DNA of 64,000 bases from the NCBI GenBank assembly GCA_024679065.1, contig JAGIQG010000003.1:112716001-112780000 (forward strand), given 5' to 3'. A program made the translations under genes and the position numbers. Positions 1-12,665 of this stretch are shown in pieces; the first letter of the stretch is position 1; each line of letters starts with the position of its first letter. The stretch comes from Sphyrna mokarran (Eukaryota). The notes beneath the pieces are model-generated. The model was not told the DNA's origin, made no database searches, and was given only the letters and a program-made list of their open reading frames with translations.

Positions 1-69
1 TGAATGCCATTTGAAAAGTCTTCCCAGACTTGTGCGATTGTCAGGATTTTGCAATTTGAATTTTGGGTA

Positions 70-1560
70 AGATCAGAATTTATTGCTCATCCCTAGAAAA
101 TGGTGTGAGCTGCCTTCTTGAACTACTGCAGTCTATACAGCTGAGAATGTCTATTTGAAATTCCCTCTCTAAAACAAAGGTGGAGATATTAATATACCTC
201 CCTTAAAAGAATAGAGGTAGAAATTCCAGGCAAACACATTAACCATTGATGAGTAGGTCCACCTACAACACTGTTAGGGAGAAGATTCCAGGATTTTGAC
301 TAAGCAAATAGTGAAGGAACCATAATTATTTGCAAATCAGCTAGGAGGGGAACTTGCTGGTGGCAATTTTCCCATGTACGTGCTATACTTGTTTTCTAGG
401 CAGTGCTTTCAAGAGTTGGAAGATGAAATCAAGCCTTGGTAATTGCCAGAGTACACCATATAGATGGTACTCATTGCTGTTATGATGTACCAGTGGTGAA
501 GAGAGAGAATATTTAAAGTAACTAATAAAGCAGTCTGTTTCATCCTTGATAGTGTCAAGCTTCTTAGAGTTGTAGGAATTCATCCAAATAGGTGGAAACT
601 ATTCCACCACACTTCTTATTTATGTCTTGGTTGGAGTGTCAGAAGGTAAGCTACTGCTACAGAATTCCTGTCCTCTGATCTTAATTGTCACCATTTTATT
701 TATGGTCCAATTTAATTTCTGTTCAATGGTAACCCCAGGATATTGGTGGTGTTTCAGTAATGATGATGCAATTAAAATGGCAAGGGATATGATCAGACCT
801 TCCCTTGTTGGAAGTGATCATTACCTATCACTTGTGTAGCACAAATGTTACTTAAAACTTATCAGTTCAAGCCTGAATTTTGTCCAGTTCTTGTTGCATA
901 TGGATATGGACTACTTCATCATCCGAGCAGTCATGGTACTGAGCACTGTTCATGTATCAGCAAACATTCCTACTTTCGACCTTATGATAGAAAAGTTCAT
1001 TGATGAAGCAGCTGAAGATGGTTGGGCTCAGGACACAATCTGAGGAACGCCTGCAGCAAAGTCCTGGGACTGAAATGATTGGCCCCAATAACAATTATCA
1101 TAAAATGTTTTGCAAATTAGAACTAAAGAGATTTTCCCTTATTACCAATGACTTCAGTTTTACTAAAGCTTCTAGGCACCTCATTTCATCAAATGGGCCT
1201 TGACTCTCTCCTTACTTCTGCACTTTAGGCGTTTTATCAATGTTTGGATAAAGGATGTAATTAGGATCTGGAGCCAAATAATCATGGTGGAACTCAAACT
1301 GAGCATCAGTGAGTCAGTTACTGATGAGTAACTGCCTGTTAACAGTACTGTCACCAACACATTGCACTATGCTGATGGTCAGGAGTGGCAATTAGTTGGA
1401 TTGGAATTGTCCTGATCTTGTGAATAGGACATATCTGGGCAACATTCTACATTGTTGAGTAAATGCCAGTGGCTGTGCTGGAACAACTTCACTAGAGATG
1501 TGGCTAGATCTGGAGCAGAAGTATTCAGCTAGGTGATGCAACTTTTGCTGCAACTTGCAC
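70..1560 (-). mobile_element. Degraded CR1-type LINE, 3' part
   Basis: The reverse complement resembles the LINE 3' end at 62385-63190 (e.g. cattgaacagaaattaaattggacc). Tail remnant gatgagcaataaat near 75-95. Confidence 0.75.
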
Positions 1561-1884
1561 ACTCAGTCTTTTCTACTTACGACAAGCAAGGAATCAAATT
1601 TAAAAATAAACCTTACAAAACTACAAAGCAGGAGTGCATGCTAAACAGTGAAAGTAGCAATTAAGTGAAGACTATTCCATCACATTCCTTACTTATGCCT
1701 TGGTTGGCGGGATAGACCTTGGGAAATCAGAAGGTGCTCAATGCAGTTGTAGCCATAGTGGCCAGAATTCCCCAGCCATTTATGCCTCATCATCACTGCC
1801 AGCAAGATTGGAGAATTTGGTGCTCAGCCAAATCTCCATTCACTGCAGCGCGATGAGGAAAGATGAGGTCGGAGAATCCTGCTC

Positions 1885-2150
1885 TGTATTTAAAGCTGGA
1901 AAAACAAAACTCTTCGAAAGAGCAAAGTGATCATCCCCACCATTGGATCAGTTCGAAGCTCTGCAATCCTGCCACTTTCATGAATGAAATTGGATGATTA
2001 ACAACTGATGGAAAGAAGGGCTCCATGAACATCCCCAACATTGACAATGGTGGAGTCCAGCACCTAAGTGTAAAAGACAAGATTGAATTGTATATAAATA
2101 TCTTCAACCAGAATGTTGAGTGGATAATTGATTTGATCTCCTATCATTAG
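1885..2150 (+). mobile_element. Internal fragment of CR1-type LINE
   Basis: aagctctgcaatcctgccac...ggctccatgaacatcccc...aaaagacaag segment typical of this shark LINE family. Confidence 0.5.
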
Positions 2151-2169
2151 AGATATTTGCATTCATAAG

Positions 2170-2870
2170 GTTTTTTTAAAAAATTTGTTCATGTAATGTG
2201 GGCACTAGTGCTGACCCTTCTTTTTGAATTGCTACGAGAATAGCGATTGGACTAAACCGAGTGGCTTACAAGGCCATTTAAAAGACCTATTAAAAGTCAA
2301 CCACTTCACAGTGAGCATGGAGTCCCATAAAGACCACATTGGATAAGAACAACAGGATTTCTTCATTAAAGGACATTTGTGACGCAGACAGATTATGAAA
2401 ATAGTCCAGTTGTTTTACAGCCACCATGACTGATACTAGTTTTTTATTCCAGATTTATCTAAATTTTAACTAAATTACAACCAAAGATGTGTAGGTTAGG
2501 TTGATTAGCCATGTTAAATTGATTCTAGTGTCAGAGGGATTAGCAGGGTAAATACAGGAATAGGGCGTAGGTGGTACTGTGATCGGTGCAGACTCGATGG
2601 GCCAAATGGCCTCCTCCTCCACAGTAGGGATTCTCTGCTTCGATGATTCAAATGACATTGACAATGATGTGATCAGATGATCCTAGCAGATGCCAGTGGT
2701 GGGCAGTTTCCTGCAGCAGAGAATTCCACTTATTAGTTTTTTATTCAAGATTTATTTAATTAATTCTTCAGCTGCCATGGTGGGATTTGAAATCAAGCCT
2801 CTATATTATTAGTCCCAATCTCTGGAATTACCAGTTCAGTGATTTTATGTTCACCATATCAGCTCAAGGC
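2170..2870 (-). mobile_element. tRNA-derived SINE (same family as 15178-15420), interrupted by a V-SINE
   Basis: Reverse complement of the 15178 copy (ttccagattt, ggtgggatttgaa, ctctggaattaccagt). Its tail matches the CR1-type LINE tail at ~63140-63190. Confidence 0.65.
2483..2640 (+). mobile_element. HE1/V-SINE, 3' half
   Basis: caaagatgtgtaggttaggttgattagccatg...gggccaaatggcctcct...gtagggattct. Confidence 0.85.
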
Positions 2871-3831
2871 CTGTTTTGAAGGAATTGAATCTTGAACCAA
2901 CATAAAATCTTTCAGAAAATACTAATATAAGTGATCTTAGGTGTAACTCGTTTACATTTAAAATTCCCTGATCCTTTGCGTTTGTTCAACTATGGGTTAC
3001 ACTGATAAATTAATGAAAACAGAGATGACATCCTGCAATGTTTCCATGTTGTAATTATAAAACAAGAACTTTCTGTATTCAGTATTTCCACAAAAAAATG
3101 ACCACCCTGTGGTAGTTTCCAGCTACTGCATTAAACCATTATAAGTTGTCGAGAAATTATTTTAAACCAATATAGTGTTTAATTTCCGCATAAAACAGAT
3201 CTTGTGGCATTTGTCATTATCTTGAAACTCTATGTTAATTCATAATGAATCATCCTTTACTATTTGATCAGCTAATAATGTGTGTGGGTCTCCAAGATAC
3301 TATATAACTGAAATAGGTGAGATTAAAGTACCCGTACTTCATGGCAGCCAATGATTAATAAATACCGAACATAATTTTGAAAAATAAATGCTAGAATATT
3401 GTCATTTGGTTGCAAAGTTGATTCAAAATATATATTAGAATATTCACTTCTATATTGTCTCCAACTACCTATCATCTTTACTATGAATGGAATGTGCTGA
3501 GCCCCACATCAATGGCTTGGCCTTGCAAACATTAGCTGATTTATCAGAAAACTGCAGATGTATTGCTCAAGATACCTCTCTCATTAATGTCAATGCATGG
3601 AAAATTGTTGACAATGTAACCCCAATAAACCAATATGTCATCTTCTGAGTCTAGGTGGTGGGGTCCTTAAAAAGTTTTTTTTAATATTTATATTACTTTA
3701 TTGTAAACTATTTTAGTATATTACTTAAGTGCTAAAAACAATGGTGTACTATTTTGGAAAAGTCAATAGCAGGAATGTCTGAAGAGATTCAAGTGGAGAA
3801 ATAACGTACCTACAAGTATGTTGTATGTTGA

Positions 3832-4162
3832 GGGCAGCATGGTAGCACAGTGTTTAGCACTGCTGCCACACAGCACCAGGGACTCGGGTTCAATTTCGGC
3901 CTCAGGTCACTGTCTGTGCGGAGTTCGCACGTTCTCCCGGTGTCTGTGTGGTTTTCCTCTGTGTGCTTCAGTGTCTTCCCACAGTCCAAAGATGTGTGGG
4001 TTAGGTTGATCAGCTATACTAAATTGACCTTAGTGTTAGGGGGATTACCAGTGTAAATATGTGGGGTTATAGGAATAGAACCTGGATAGGATCGTCGTTG
4101 GTGCAGACTCAATGGGCTGAATGGCCTCCTTCTGTGCTGTAGGAAATCGATGAATCTATGAA
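3832..4162 (+). mobile_element. Full-length HE1/V-SINE (tRNA head, V-domain, CR1-type tail)
   Basis: A-box ggtagcacagtg, B-box gggttcaatt, V-domain gagttcgcacgttctccc...cccacagtccaaagatgtg, tail gggctgaatggcctccttctgtgctgtagg. Confidence 0.92.
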
Positions 4163-5987
4163 AGTCTAAAGTAAACATTTCTGCTTTAGTAATATAGAAT
4201 TTAGTACACTCCTTGAGGTAAAGTTGAAGGTGGTGGGGCATTTAATTGGACTGAAGGGTGCAACATGTGGACCCCATCACATTCCTGTTCCTGTCCTAAT
4301 TAAATCCAAAGCAGGGCTGGTTTCTACGAATGGCTTCTTGTGCCAATACCGATTAAAGCCCTTCATGGTCTTTGCCTACTGCGGCTTGTATTCAACCAAC
4401 AACAAACAGGAAGTTGCTATGTAGGAATTCCGAAAAGCATAACCCTATTGTGTTTGCTTGCTGAGTCCTGGGTGGAGGGCCCTCGTTGTCGGGCATTTGG
4501 AGTCTGATAAAAGGAGGAATTGGTATCATAAATGGGGAAGTATTGCTCTGTCTTTTGACATCCCCCCCCCCCATGCCACCCACCGCCTCCTCCCCATGCT
4601 CCCTCCTCCCCACCCAGCTAATGACATCTGTGGCCTGGATCCCTCTGCATCCTAGGCATCAAGTGGTTGCATTGCTGACAGCTACAATTGCTCCTATCAG
4701 TCTCTGAGCAAATGAAATTTTTCAGGGAGGCAAGATTTCTGCCCCGCCAGCCCCTGCCATGGGTCTTTAATCCTGGGGAAGGTCAGTCAATATGGTGGGT
4801 CATCCTTGAAGGAGGAACTATGGTGCTTATGCAAACTCTCCAGCTAGTAGGTCTGGATTAAATCATCTCATTAGAATATAGATGATTGTCCATGCTGCTA
4901 TCAAAGTAAACAAGTATAATTTAGCTTATCAGATATATCTCTTGCTAGTGACAAAATCAAATTTATTAGCTATTTAGTTTTGTCAAATCACATATGCAGA
5001 ATCAGCTTAAAAATGTTAAATATAAGCCAGCACCATGTAGTCTATCATTGAACATATAACATATTGAGTTGAGGTAATTTAATTTTGAGATCTTATCGAC
5101 ATTCGTTGACTGGTCAAAGATTTGCTTTTGCGATTTATTATATCATTGAAACCATTAGATTGAATTACTGCCCTGTGCCTCATTGTCAACTATCCAGTTG
5201 CAAGATGTATTTTCATTAAGCTTTTATCCAAACATCTGATCAGAACATTTTTAAATGTTTGAGCTTTATTTTAGATCACTGAAGTCAATTATCAGTCTGA
5301 AATGTAACTGAGGTGTGGATTTGTTTTCGACCAACAAGTCAATATTAAACCATGAGAGTGGTACGTGTAAATAGGGGAACATCAATGTGGGAGTGAAATT
5401 CCAAAAATAGAAAATTCACTGTTTCCGGCTGGGGGAAACAAGGGAAGAGAGAGCTCCTCTGAAACAGCCTAGGCTTCAGTGAGAAATGAAAAAGAGAAAA
5501 AGAGTCCTTGAATGCCCTGCTTCTCATTTCAAGTACATGTATTTAGGGTTTTCAATGAGGTTTGTACTACTGAATAATGGATGTCCAGGGTTTCAAAGGA
5601 TCAGCTATAATGTTTAGTTCATTTAATGAGTACAGTAAATAAATTGACTGCGCAATTTTAAATCCACTTTCGGGTCTAACGTTTTTGTCTGCTTAAGTTT
5701 TAATTTAGCTCCATGGAGTTCTTTTGTGCCCATTTAATCACTACTGACACATCCTTTATGGTTGACAATAAGAATTCTCCTATCTGATATGTTCAGAAGA
5801 AGGAGTGGACGATTAGATGGACACCAGGCAGGTCACATTGTTTCAGAGACATTCGATTCCTGCTCCAAATATCTATAATCCAGGTTGAATGTCCCTCACA
5901 TTAAAAAACAATTACAGAGGGTAACCTCCCAAAGCAATCACAGACATAAGTAGTTGGGGAAGCTTCAAAAATGCAAAAAGCAAAGAA

Positions 5988-6100
5988 AAAACTTACATTT
6001 ATACAGCATTTTTTTGATTCAGAATGTCTTAAAGCAGTGACTGCTGTGATGTATGAAACACAGCATCTAAGTTGTGCACAGAAAGTCCCCAAAACCATGA
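5988..6100 (-). mobile_element. DeuSINE (SacSINE1/AmnSINE1-like) 3' remnant
   Basis: acttacatttatacagc...gtgactgctgtgatgtatgaaacacagcatctaagttgtgcacag matches the reverse complement of the recalled DeuSINE tail. Confidence 0.6.
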
Positions 6101-6289
6101 GAAAATAAATAAATAAATTGGGAAAGATCTGAAAAATTTATCAATAAAAGATGATTTATTCGGTTGTCTAAAAGTTGTTTCCCTGCTACGTCCTAATTTC
6201 TCAACTTTTAAGTAACCAAAGTTCCAGAGGAGGAGGAAGAAAATGCAGAGAAGTCAGGCTCTAATTGGTGAGACTAAAGAGCGGGAAAA

Positions 6290-6560
6290 CAGTGGTCGAG
6301 CTATACGAACAGTTAACTTGAGATGTGTGCATATAAGGGACGAAGAAAGGCGATGAAGTGAGGAGGAAGAGGCAGAGGCTGATGAGGTGTTACTGTTTAT
6401 GTGAAAGATGACCAGGTTTGTGGCTCAACCTAGGTGGAGGGCAGCCAGAAACAACAAGGTGTGAGGTGCTGAAAGCCACCACAGGTGAGATCAGCCACCT
6501 TATGGAGCAGGTAAGGTAAGACAAACAGGTTTACAAAGTGACCCAGGGCAGACCAGTAAT
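6290..6560 (+). mobile_element. Possible Harbinger Myb/SANT-ORF remnant
   Basis: Decayed EV.RRR..L..W...A-like coding pattern; weak. Confidence 0.3.
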
Positions 6561-7310
6561 AGAGAGACACCAGACACTGCATCAAGCCTTATTCATAGGG
6601 AGACAATGAGTGAGGCAAGAAGCTGTCTTGAAGATCCCAGGCAGGTGAGATTGTGACCATGGAGATACTGTGGAAGCTGTGAGGTTGGGTGAGATGGTGA
6701 GGGGTGAGTAGTGCAGAAATGGGAATGAGCGCGAGCCCATGAACTATAAATGTCCCTCTGTGCAAGGATCTTGCTACCATTCATTCAAAAGAGTATCAAT
6801 TTGTCCATAAAACTGCATCACTCCTTGATTCACAACCTCTTAATGATAAGGCTGAGTTACTGCAGAGAAGGAAAGCTGAGAAAGCAAATTCTGTTCTCCA
6901 GATGCCATATCCTTCCCCTCTGCCCTAATACCTGCAGGTCAAGAATCATTCTATTCAGTCAGCTGAATACGCTGGTCAGAAATCCATGACGCCCTGTAGA
7001 CATCATTATCAAACTGAGGGACAGCTGTCATCACCATCGACAATGAGTAAAAGATGATTTTCATTGGTCAATTAAGTGGTGACAATTAGGCATGAAAGCA
7101 ACTATTATTACTAGAAATGTAAAGGGAGAGACTGGAAGAAATATTTTCATTCAAGAGAGTTACTACACATCCATTGAAGTATAACAAATTATTAATAGGA
7201 AATTAGACAGCATTATATAATTACAACAAGAAATTAAAGTAACAAAAATGATGAATAATAAACTTTAGTGGGAAAGCTTAAATGAGAACAATGTACCAAA
7301 CAACCCATAC

Positions 7311-7583
7311 TTTCTACCACAGCTACATTCGTGGCCAGGAGCCCCTGGAGAGGGAGCATGTGGTGTCCTTGTGCACAGTCGACACCTTCCGTGCCCGCTG
7401 GGCGCCACAGGGGCTGGTGTGTGTTATAGACCCTTATAATCACATTTTGATTTAATGTTTTAAGTTTCCTTTGAATTTTGGTTTCTATTCAGGCTGTCCC
7501 TCCTTCCTTTTTGGGGGGCTGTCCCTTTTAATTTGTCCCTAAATTAATCTGAGTTTGTTTTACTTGTTGGGTCATTGAAAGAA
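7311..7583 (+). mobile_element. Tx1-clade LINE 3' end
   Basis: Translates to FYHSYIRGQEPLEREHVVSLCTVDTFRARWAPQGLVCVIDPYNHILI*, a Tx1 ORF2 C-terminus pattern, followed by a T-rich 3' UTR. Confidence 0.7.
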
Positions 7584-8121
7584 CTACCAAATAACCCACA
7601 TCTGTAAGGAATCAACTATAATTCTGCGATGCTAAACTTAAATGATCATACAATTGGTTCCATACTAATTTATTATACTTTTCATTGTTCATTTCAATAG
7701 AAATCAATTTGTTTGAGTGGTACCTATTATAAGTCAAATGAGCTATAAAATTCAAATGTCTTAGGAATTGAAAACCAATGTTTAAGGTTTATGGTGGATA
7801 AGACTAATTTTCTTCTTTTCAAACTGATGGCTGCCAGTGTTAACAAAATGAACTATTTCCCACTTAAGGCAACAGGTATCAGAAACAAATGCTTCTGGAC
7901 CATACTTTCAGTACAAGTCAAAATAAAATAAATTAGTATCTTTCCTGAAACAGGGCTCAATTGATAATGTTACTGCTATTTAAAGATGAATCTAATCTAT
8001 CTAGCAACATCAAAAGAAACCTCTCTTCTGCCCATTTCCAAAAATAACTTCAGAAAGCTTTTTAGTATAAGTTTAGTATTACTACCTTTCCCCCACAACA
8101 TACTTAATTTTAATCTCTGTC

Positions 8122-10812
8122 ATGATAAACACATACAAAGGATTGTTCCAATACATGTGCCTATCTTTTGGTGTGTCTTCACCAAGTGCAATTTTCCAGA
8201 GGACAATGGAGATTCAACTGCAGGAGCCACTAATTGCTGTATACCTTGGTGATGTTCTCATAACTGGATTGGCAGAAACCGAAAATCTAGCAAAGTTAGA
8301 GGAGGTGCTGAAAAAGTTTCAGGAGGTTGGAGTTTGCCTCATGGAGAAGAAATGTGGCTTTAAAACCAACGAGGTAATCTAGCTGAAATATCATGTAGAT
8401 GGACAAGGATTGCAATCCTTGGAAGGCAAGGTATTAGAGAACTTCTAAATACTCTGGGATTTAAAACACTAATAAGGGCTAATAAAACAGAGTGGATTAA
8501 CTTAGGGTAAGAACCACAGATGCCTTATACATATATTTCACAGAGGTACTGTTTGCATAGAAACACATATAACACAGTTAGAGATTTTAAACTGTATTTC
8601 TGAAAAATGTGTTACAGCTTGGCTAATAACATAGAATTTTAAGGCATCATGGGAAGTGAACCACATTTTTTTTTTTACAACAATACACTCACAGAGGCAT
8701 ATCTCTGATCAGCATCGACCTAGACAGTCTTTAGGAATAGAAAATTCATAAGCCAAGGAAAAAGCTAGCAAACTCAGATGGACTAATGAATTGACAAAGC
8801 CTTCAACCAGATAAGGGAGTCTAGAACAGGCAACAGGTGACCATGGGAAAGTCAGGCAGAAACATATTGTTCCTATGTTATCAGAAAACATCTGTAATTG
8901 GTCAAGGTATATGACATTTACTAATGATGATTGGTTCATTTCCAACTGTGGATGTGCAGAATTATATAGCTGTATTGCCACTGTGATGTAACTTCAGACC
9001 GTCCAATCCTTCTCTCCCAGTGTACGTTGGTCAATAGAGAATGCCTTTTACTTGGATAATGTAGTCGCAAGTCTTTGTATTAACTAAAGTTAAGCTCAAT
9101 ACTTAGCCTCCGAAAAAGCCTCTACACAAGGTCAAGGCCATTAAGGAAACACCAACTCCCAAAAATACATTTGAGCACAAGACATTTTTGGGAACATGTT
9201 TAAAAGATGCACCAATCACTGGGTAAAAAAGTTAATCTCCATCCCCCCACCACAGAGGTTTTTGTGTGGCTGACAGTCCCCTTCTCCCAGATCATTCCAG
9301 CATCCCCACCCCTTCCGATTAATGCTGGCAGCCCCCCTTACCCCCAGTCCTGCTCTCACCCTTGAATTTACCAGGGCACTGCTTGGCCACGTCTCTCCCT
9401 CTGGGGGGATCCGCACGACAAGTTCATGTGTATAATGTTGGGTCACATCAGAGAGGTGCAAATATTTAGTAAGGGGTAAGATCTGGCAAGGAAAGCGTTT
9501 AATTAGATTGAAATTTGTTAAAATGAATTCAAATCAAATTCTCGCCCATTGTGGGCATAAAACCAGAAGTTGGATATTGCGATTTTGCCAGTGAGATTTG
9601 GCATTTCTGGGTTTCACCGGATCTTGAGCCCTTGCCAGTCATCTCACAGATGAAGAATGTGGGCTCAAGATCCTACCCATGGCATCTGTCAATGGATCAG
9701 TATTTACAAGTGACGAGTTTCAAAACTTCACAATACTCTATTACATAATGCACATTATAACCGGACGGACTAGCTGTGCAAGCCGTCTAAACTTTTAGGT
9801 CTGGTCTAAAGAAGCAGTCAGGAGAAACTTGAGACCAGAGTCTCACATTTCCTTCTTGGCTACAAGGTCACTCCCTAGGAACAACAAGAGTCCCACCTGC
9901 AGAGTTGTCAATGAACCATCATTTGTGAACAAGACTAAGCCTCGTATTTCCAAATTTGCCGGGGAGTGTTGAGGCCAATCAAGGCCATCGGATTAATGGC
10001 AGTCAACATGTCCTTTATGATGGATGATCCATGAGGTATCTTAGAAGTAGTTGAGTTGGGTCCCTGGAATTGTTGTCTCTAAAACTGGACTTCTGTCCTA
10101 TCAAGTGACCATAGAAGAAAGGATTGGCCGAAAACACAGACTATTTGAGCAAACAGTTTTGCCATCAGGAAGTATATAGCCATCAGGGAATGTTGCCAAC
10201 TGCTTTAGCACTAATTACCTGGTCATCTTGTGGCAAGCACAATGTTTCTCTATGGAAACAGATAGAACTAAATTACTTGTGCCTGAAGAGGCTCTGGGGT
10301 TTCAGTTGACAGCAATCCTGTGGATGTGCCCCAGCAAGAAGGCTTATTTCCCTGTTACACAAGGATTCAGAAAGATTTGGACTGAAACTCTCCCATTTCG
10401 TCAACTGCGGGAATCGGAATCATAACGAGTGAGGCAGAAAGTTCAGTGGACCACATGAAGGTGGGCAAGTCTTGAGGCCAGAGAATCCCACCCTTGATTT
10501 ATAAGTGCCTAAATCCATATACTAAATATTTAATTATCTGGGACGGTATAACTTGAGTAGTGACATTTACATAAAGGGAAATTATGGAGGGGGAGGAGTG
10601 AGGTGATTGTCCCTTTAAGGATCAATTTGCTGAGTAAGGGTCACATGATCCTGGAAATTGAGGAGTAGAGTAGACATCACCTGTAAGCACAGGCATCTGC
10701 ACCCAGTCACCTCGGGAGCTGATTGCAGCGACAAGGCTACAAGTTTCTGCGTAGTTTAACTATAAATAAACCAGTAGTATTTTCTCAAAATTGGTGAATG
10801 AGTATCTTTATA
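8122..10812 (+). mobile_element. Degraded Ty3/Gypsy element: RT, integrase, GPY/F remnants, PPT and 3' LTR
   Basis: RT INTYKGLFQY..FGVSSPSAIFQRTME..VYLGDVLITG (8122-8380). Integrase GLAVQAV*TFRSGLKKQ..LETRVSHFLLGYKVTP..PAEL (~9765-9960). WVPGIVVSKTGLLSYQV (~10056-10110). Purine tract ggagggggagga (~10586) followed by an LTR with aataaa (~10598-10812). Contains secondary insertions. Confidence 0.85.
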
Positions 10813-12351
10813 GTGGGTTAAATTTGCAGCATCACCATCTGGGTGATTTCAAGCAGGGCTGATTGTTCAATTGTCATAGACCCCCACTCAAATTATATCC
10901 CAAATGGAATGAAACCCAAATGTAAGACTTTGCCACACTGCATCTCTATTGAAAGATTCTTCAGCTGAGTGCATGCTCAAAAGAATTCAACATTCAAGTC
11001 ATAAAAGCCACAAAGGTAATCAATCTATCTTCAGCTATTTTATGACAGAGCCTACAGTAGGTGAAAAATTTGCTTCAAGATTAACTACTCCTTAGATATG
11101 GAATTATCTATATCTGCTGTGGTGGGGGAAGAGGGGAATTGTCAATTTCTTTAGCAGACAGAATTTTTCAAGCAAAACTACAAATAGCCAGTATTCAAAT
11201 TAATTCCCTGAAAACACACATAACTCCACCTAAGTTACCTTAAAAAATGCACTTCACTGAACCTGATTCACCTTGAACCTCTTAAATTAATCAATAGTAT
11301 TGTGCTCAATAAGCACAGCAGCTGCAAGACTAGCACTTTCTAGTTGTCAATACTGCCATTGTATTTGAACTACTAATGTATCACAATATAATTGGTCATT
11401 AGAAAATACATTACTTGTTGGGCAATCACAATCGGCTTTCCGGTAAAGTAAAACACATTTCTTACTGGATTTCTTATTCCCAAAGCAGCACTGCATAAAA
11501 TTGCCTCACTATTACAAAGATGATGCTGCCATCATTTCATTATTATACAGCAAGCTACAGTTAGCACAGGTTCCCCCTACCTAATCTCAAAATGATAAGA
11601 ATTACAAAAATCCAAATTTTGCCCTGTACCTTCATGTGTGGGAGACAAAGGTTTTGAGCATCCAGGAGGCTACACAACTTAGTTTAAGTGTTCTTGACAC
11701 CTGCTAATCCTATTAAAGACTGCTAGATCTGGGGAGATCTTGAGACTTAAATACCTTCAGCAGAGACAGAGTATATGGGGCACTACCCTAAATATGGAAT
11801 CGTGAAATCATACAGTACAGAAGAGGCCTTTGGCCCCTCCAGTCTGCACTGACACTAAACAGCCAGAATGTCAATTTGAATAATCAAGGTTAGGGATTAT
11901 GTTCAAATCCACTCTCTTCACACCATCAAAGAAAATGATAACTCTCAGCTTCTCTTGCAATTTAAAAATATAATGATGACCAGATTTTCAGGGCCTTAAA
12001 ACATGTTGATCCCATGGCCATCAATGAGCCCCCCCAATTCCTACCCTGAGTGCACCTGCCACTCACACATGTCAATTAACATGTCAGAAGGCAGTAGCTC
12101 TATCCCAACCAGGCCTTTGTAAAAATATGGGTGCAAAGCTGTGACCTTGTACCTGGTCTGGTTTCCACTAAAGCAGGAATATATTGCAAAAGCTGCACAT
12201 TTTCAAGAGCAATACTGTGCTGAGACTTACTGAAAAAATACACAATATACTACATCAGTGATAGCTTGAATTAAATAATCCTAATGACTATGTTTGAAAA
12301 GATTACTTTAGGAAATAGAAAATGCTGGAAATTGACTGAATGTCACAGAAG

Positions 12352-12665
12352 ATCATAGAATTCCAACAGTGCAGAAGGAGGCCCATTGAGTCTTCACTGA
12401 CCACAACCCCACCCAGTCCCTATTGCCGTAACTCCACGTATTTATCCTGCTCATCCCTCTGGCATTAGAGTTAATTTAACATGGCCAATCAACCTAACCC
12501 CCACAGCTTTGGACTATGGATGAAACTAGAGCACCCAGAGGAAAACCACACAGACATGGGGAGAATGGGCTAACTCCACACAGACAGTGACCTGAAGCCA
12601 GAATTGAACCTGGGTTCTTGGTGCTATGAGGTAGCAGTGCTAACCACTGTGCCACTGTGCTGCCC
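12352..12665 (-). mobile_element. HE1/V-SINE inserted in a Penelope-type palindromic repeat
   Basis: Reverse complement of the 3832 copy. The flanks (aaaatgctggaaa...; ...tccagtgttt) belong to the host repeat. Confidence 0.9.
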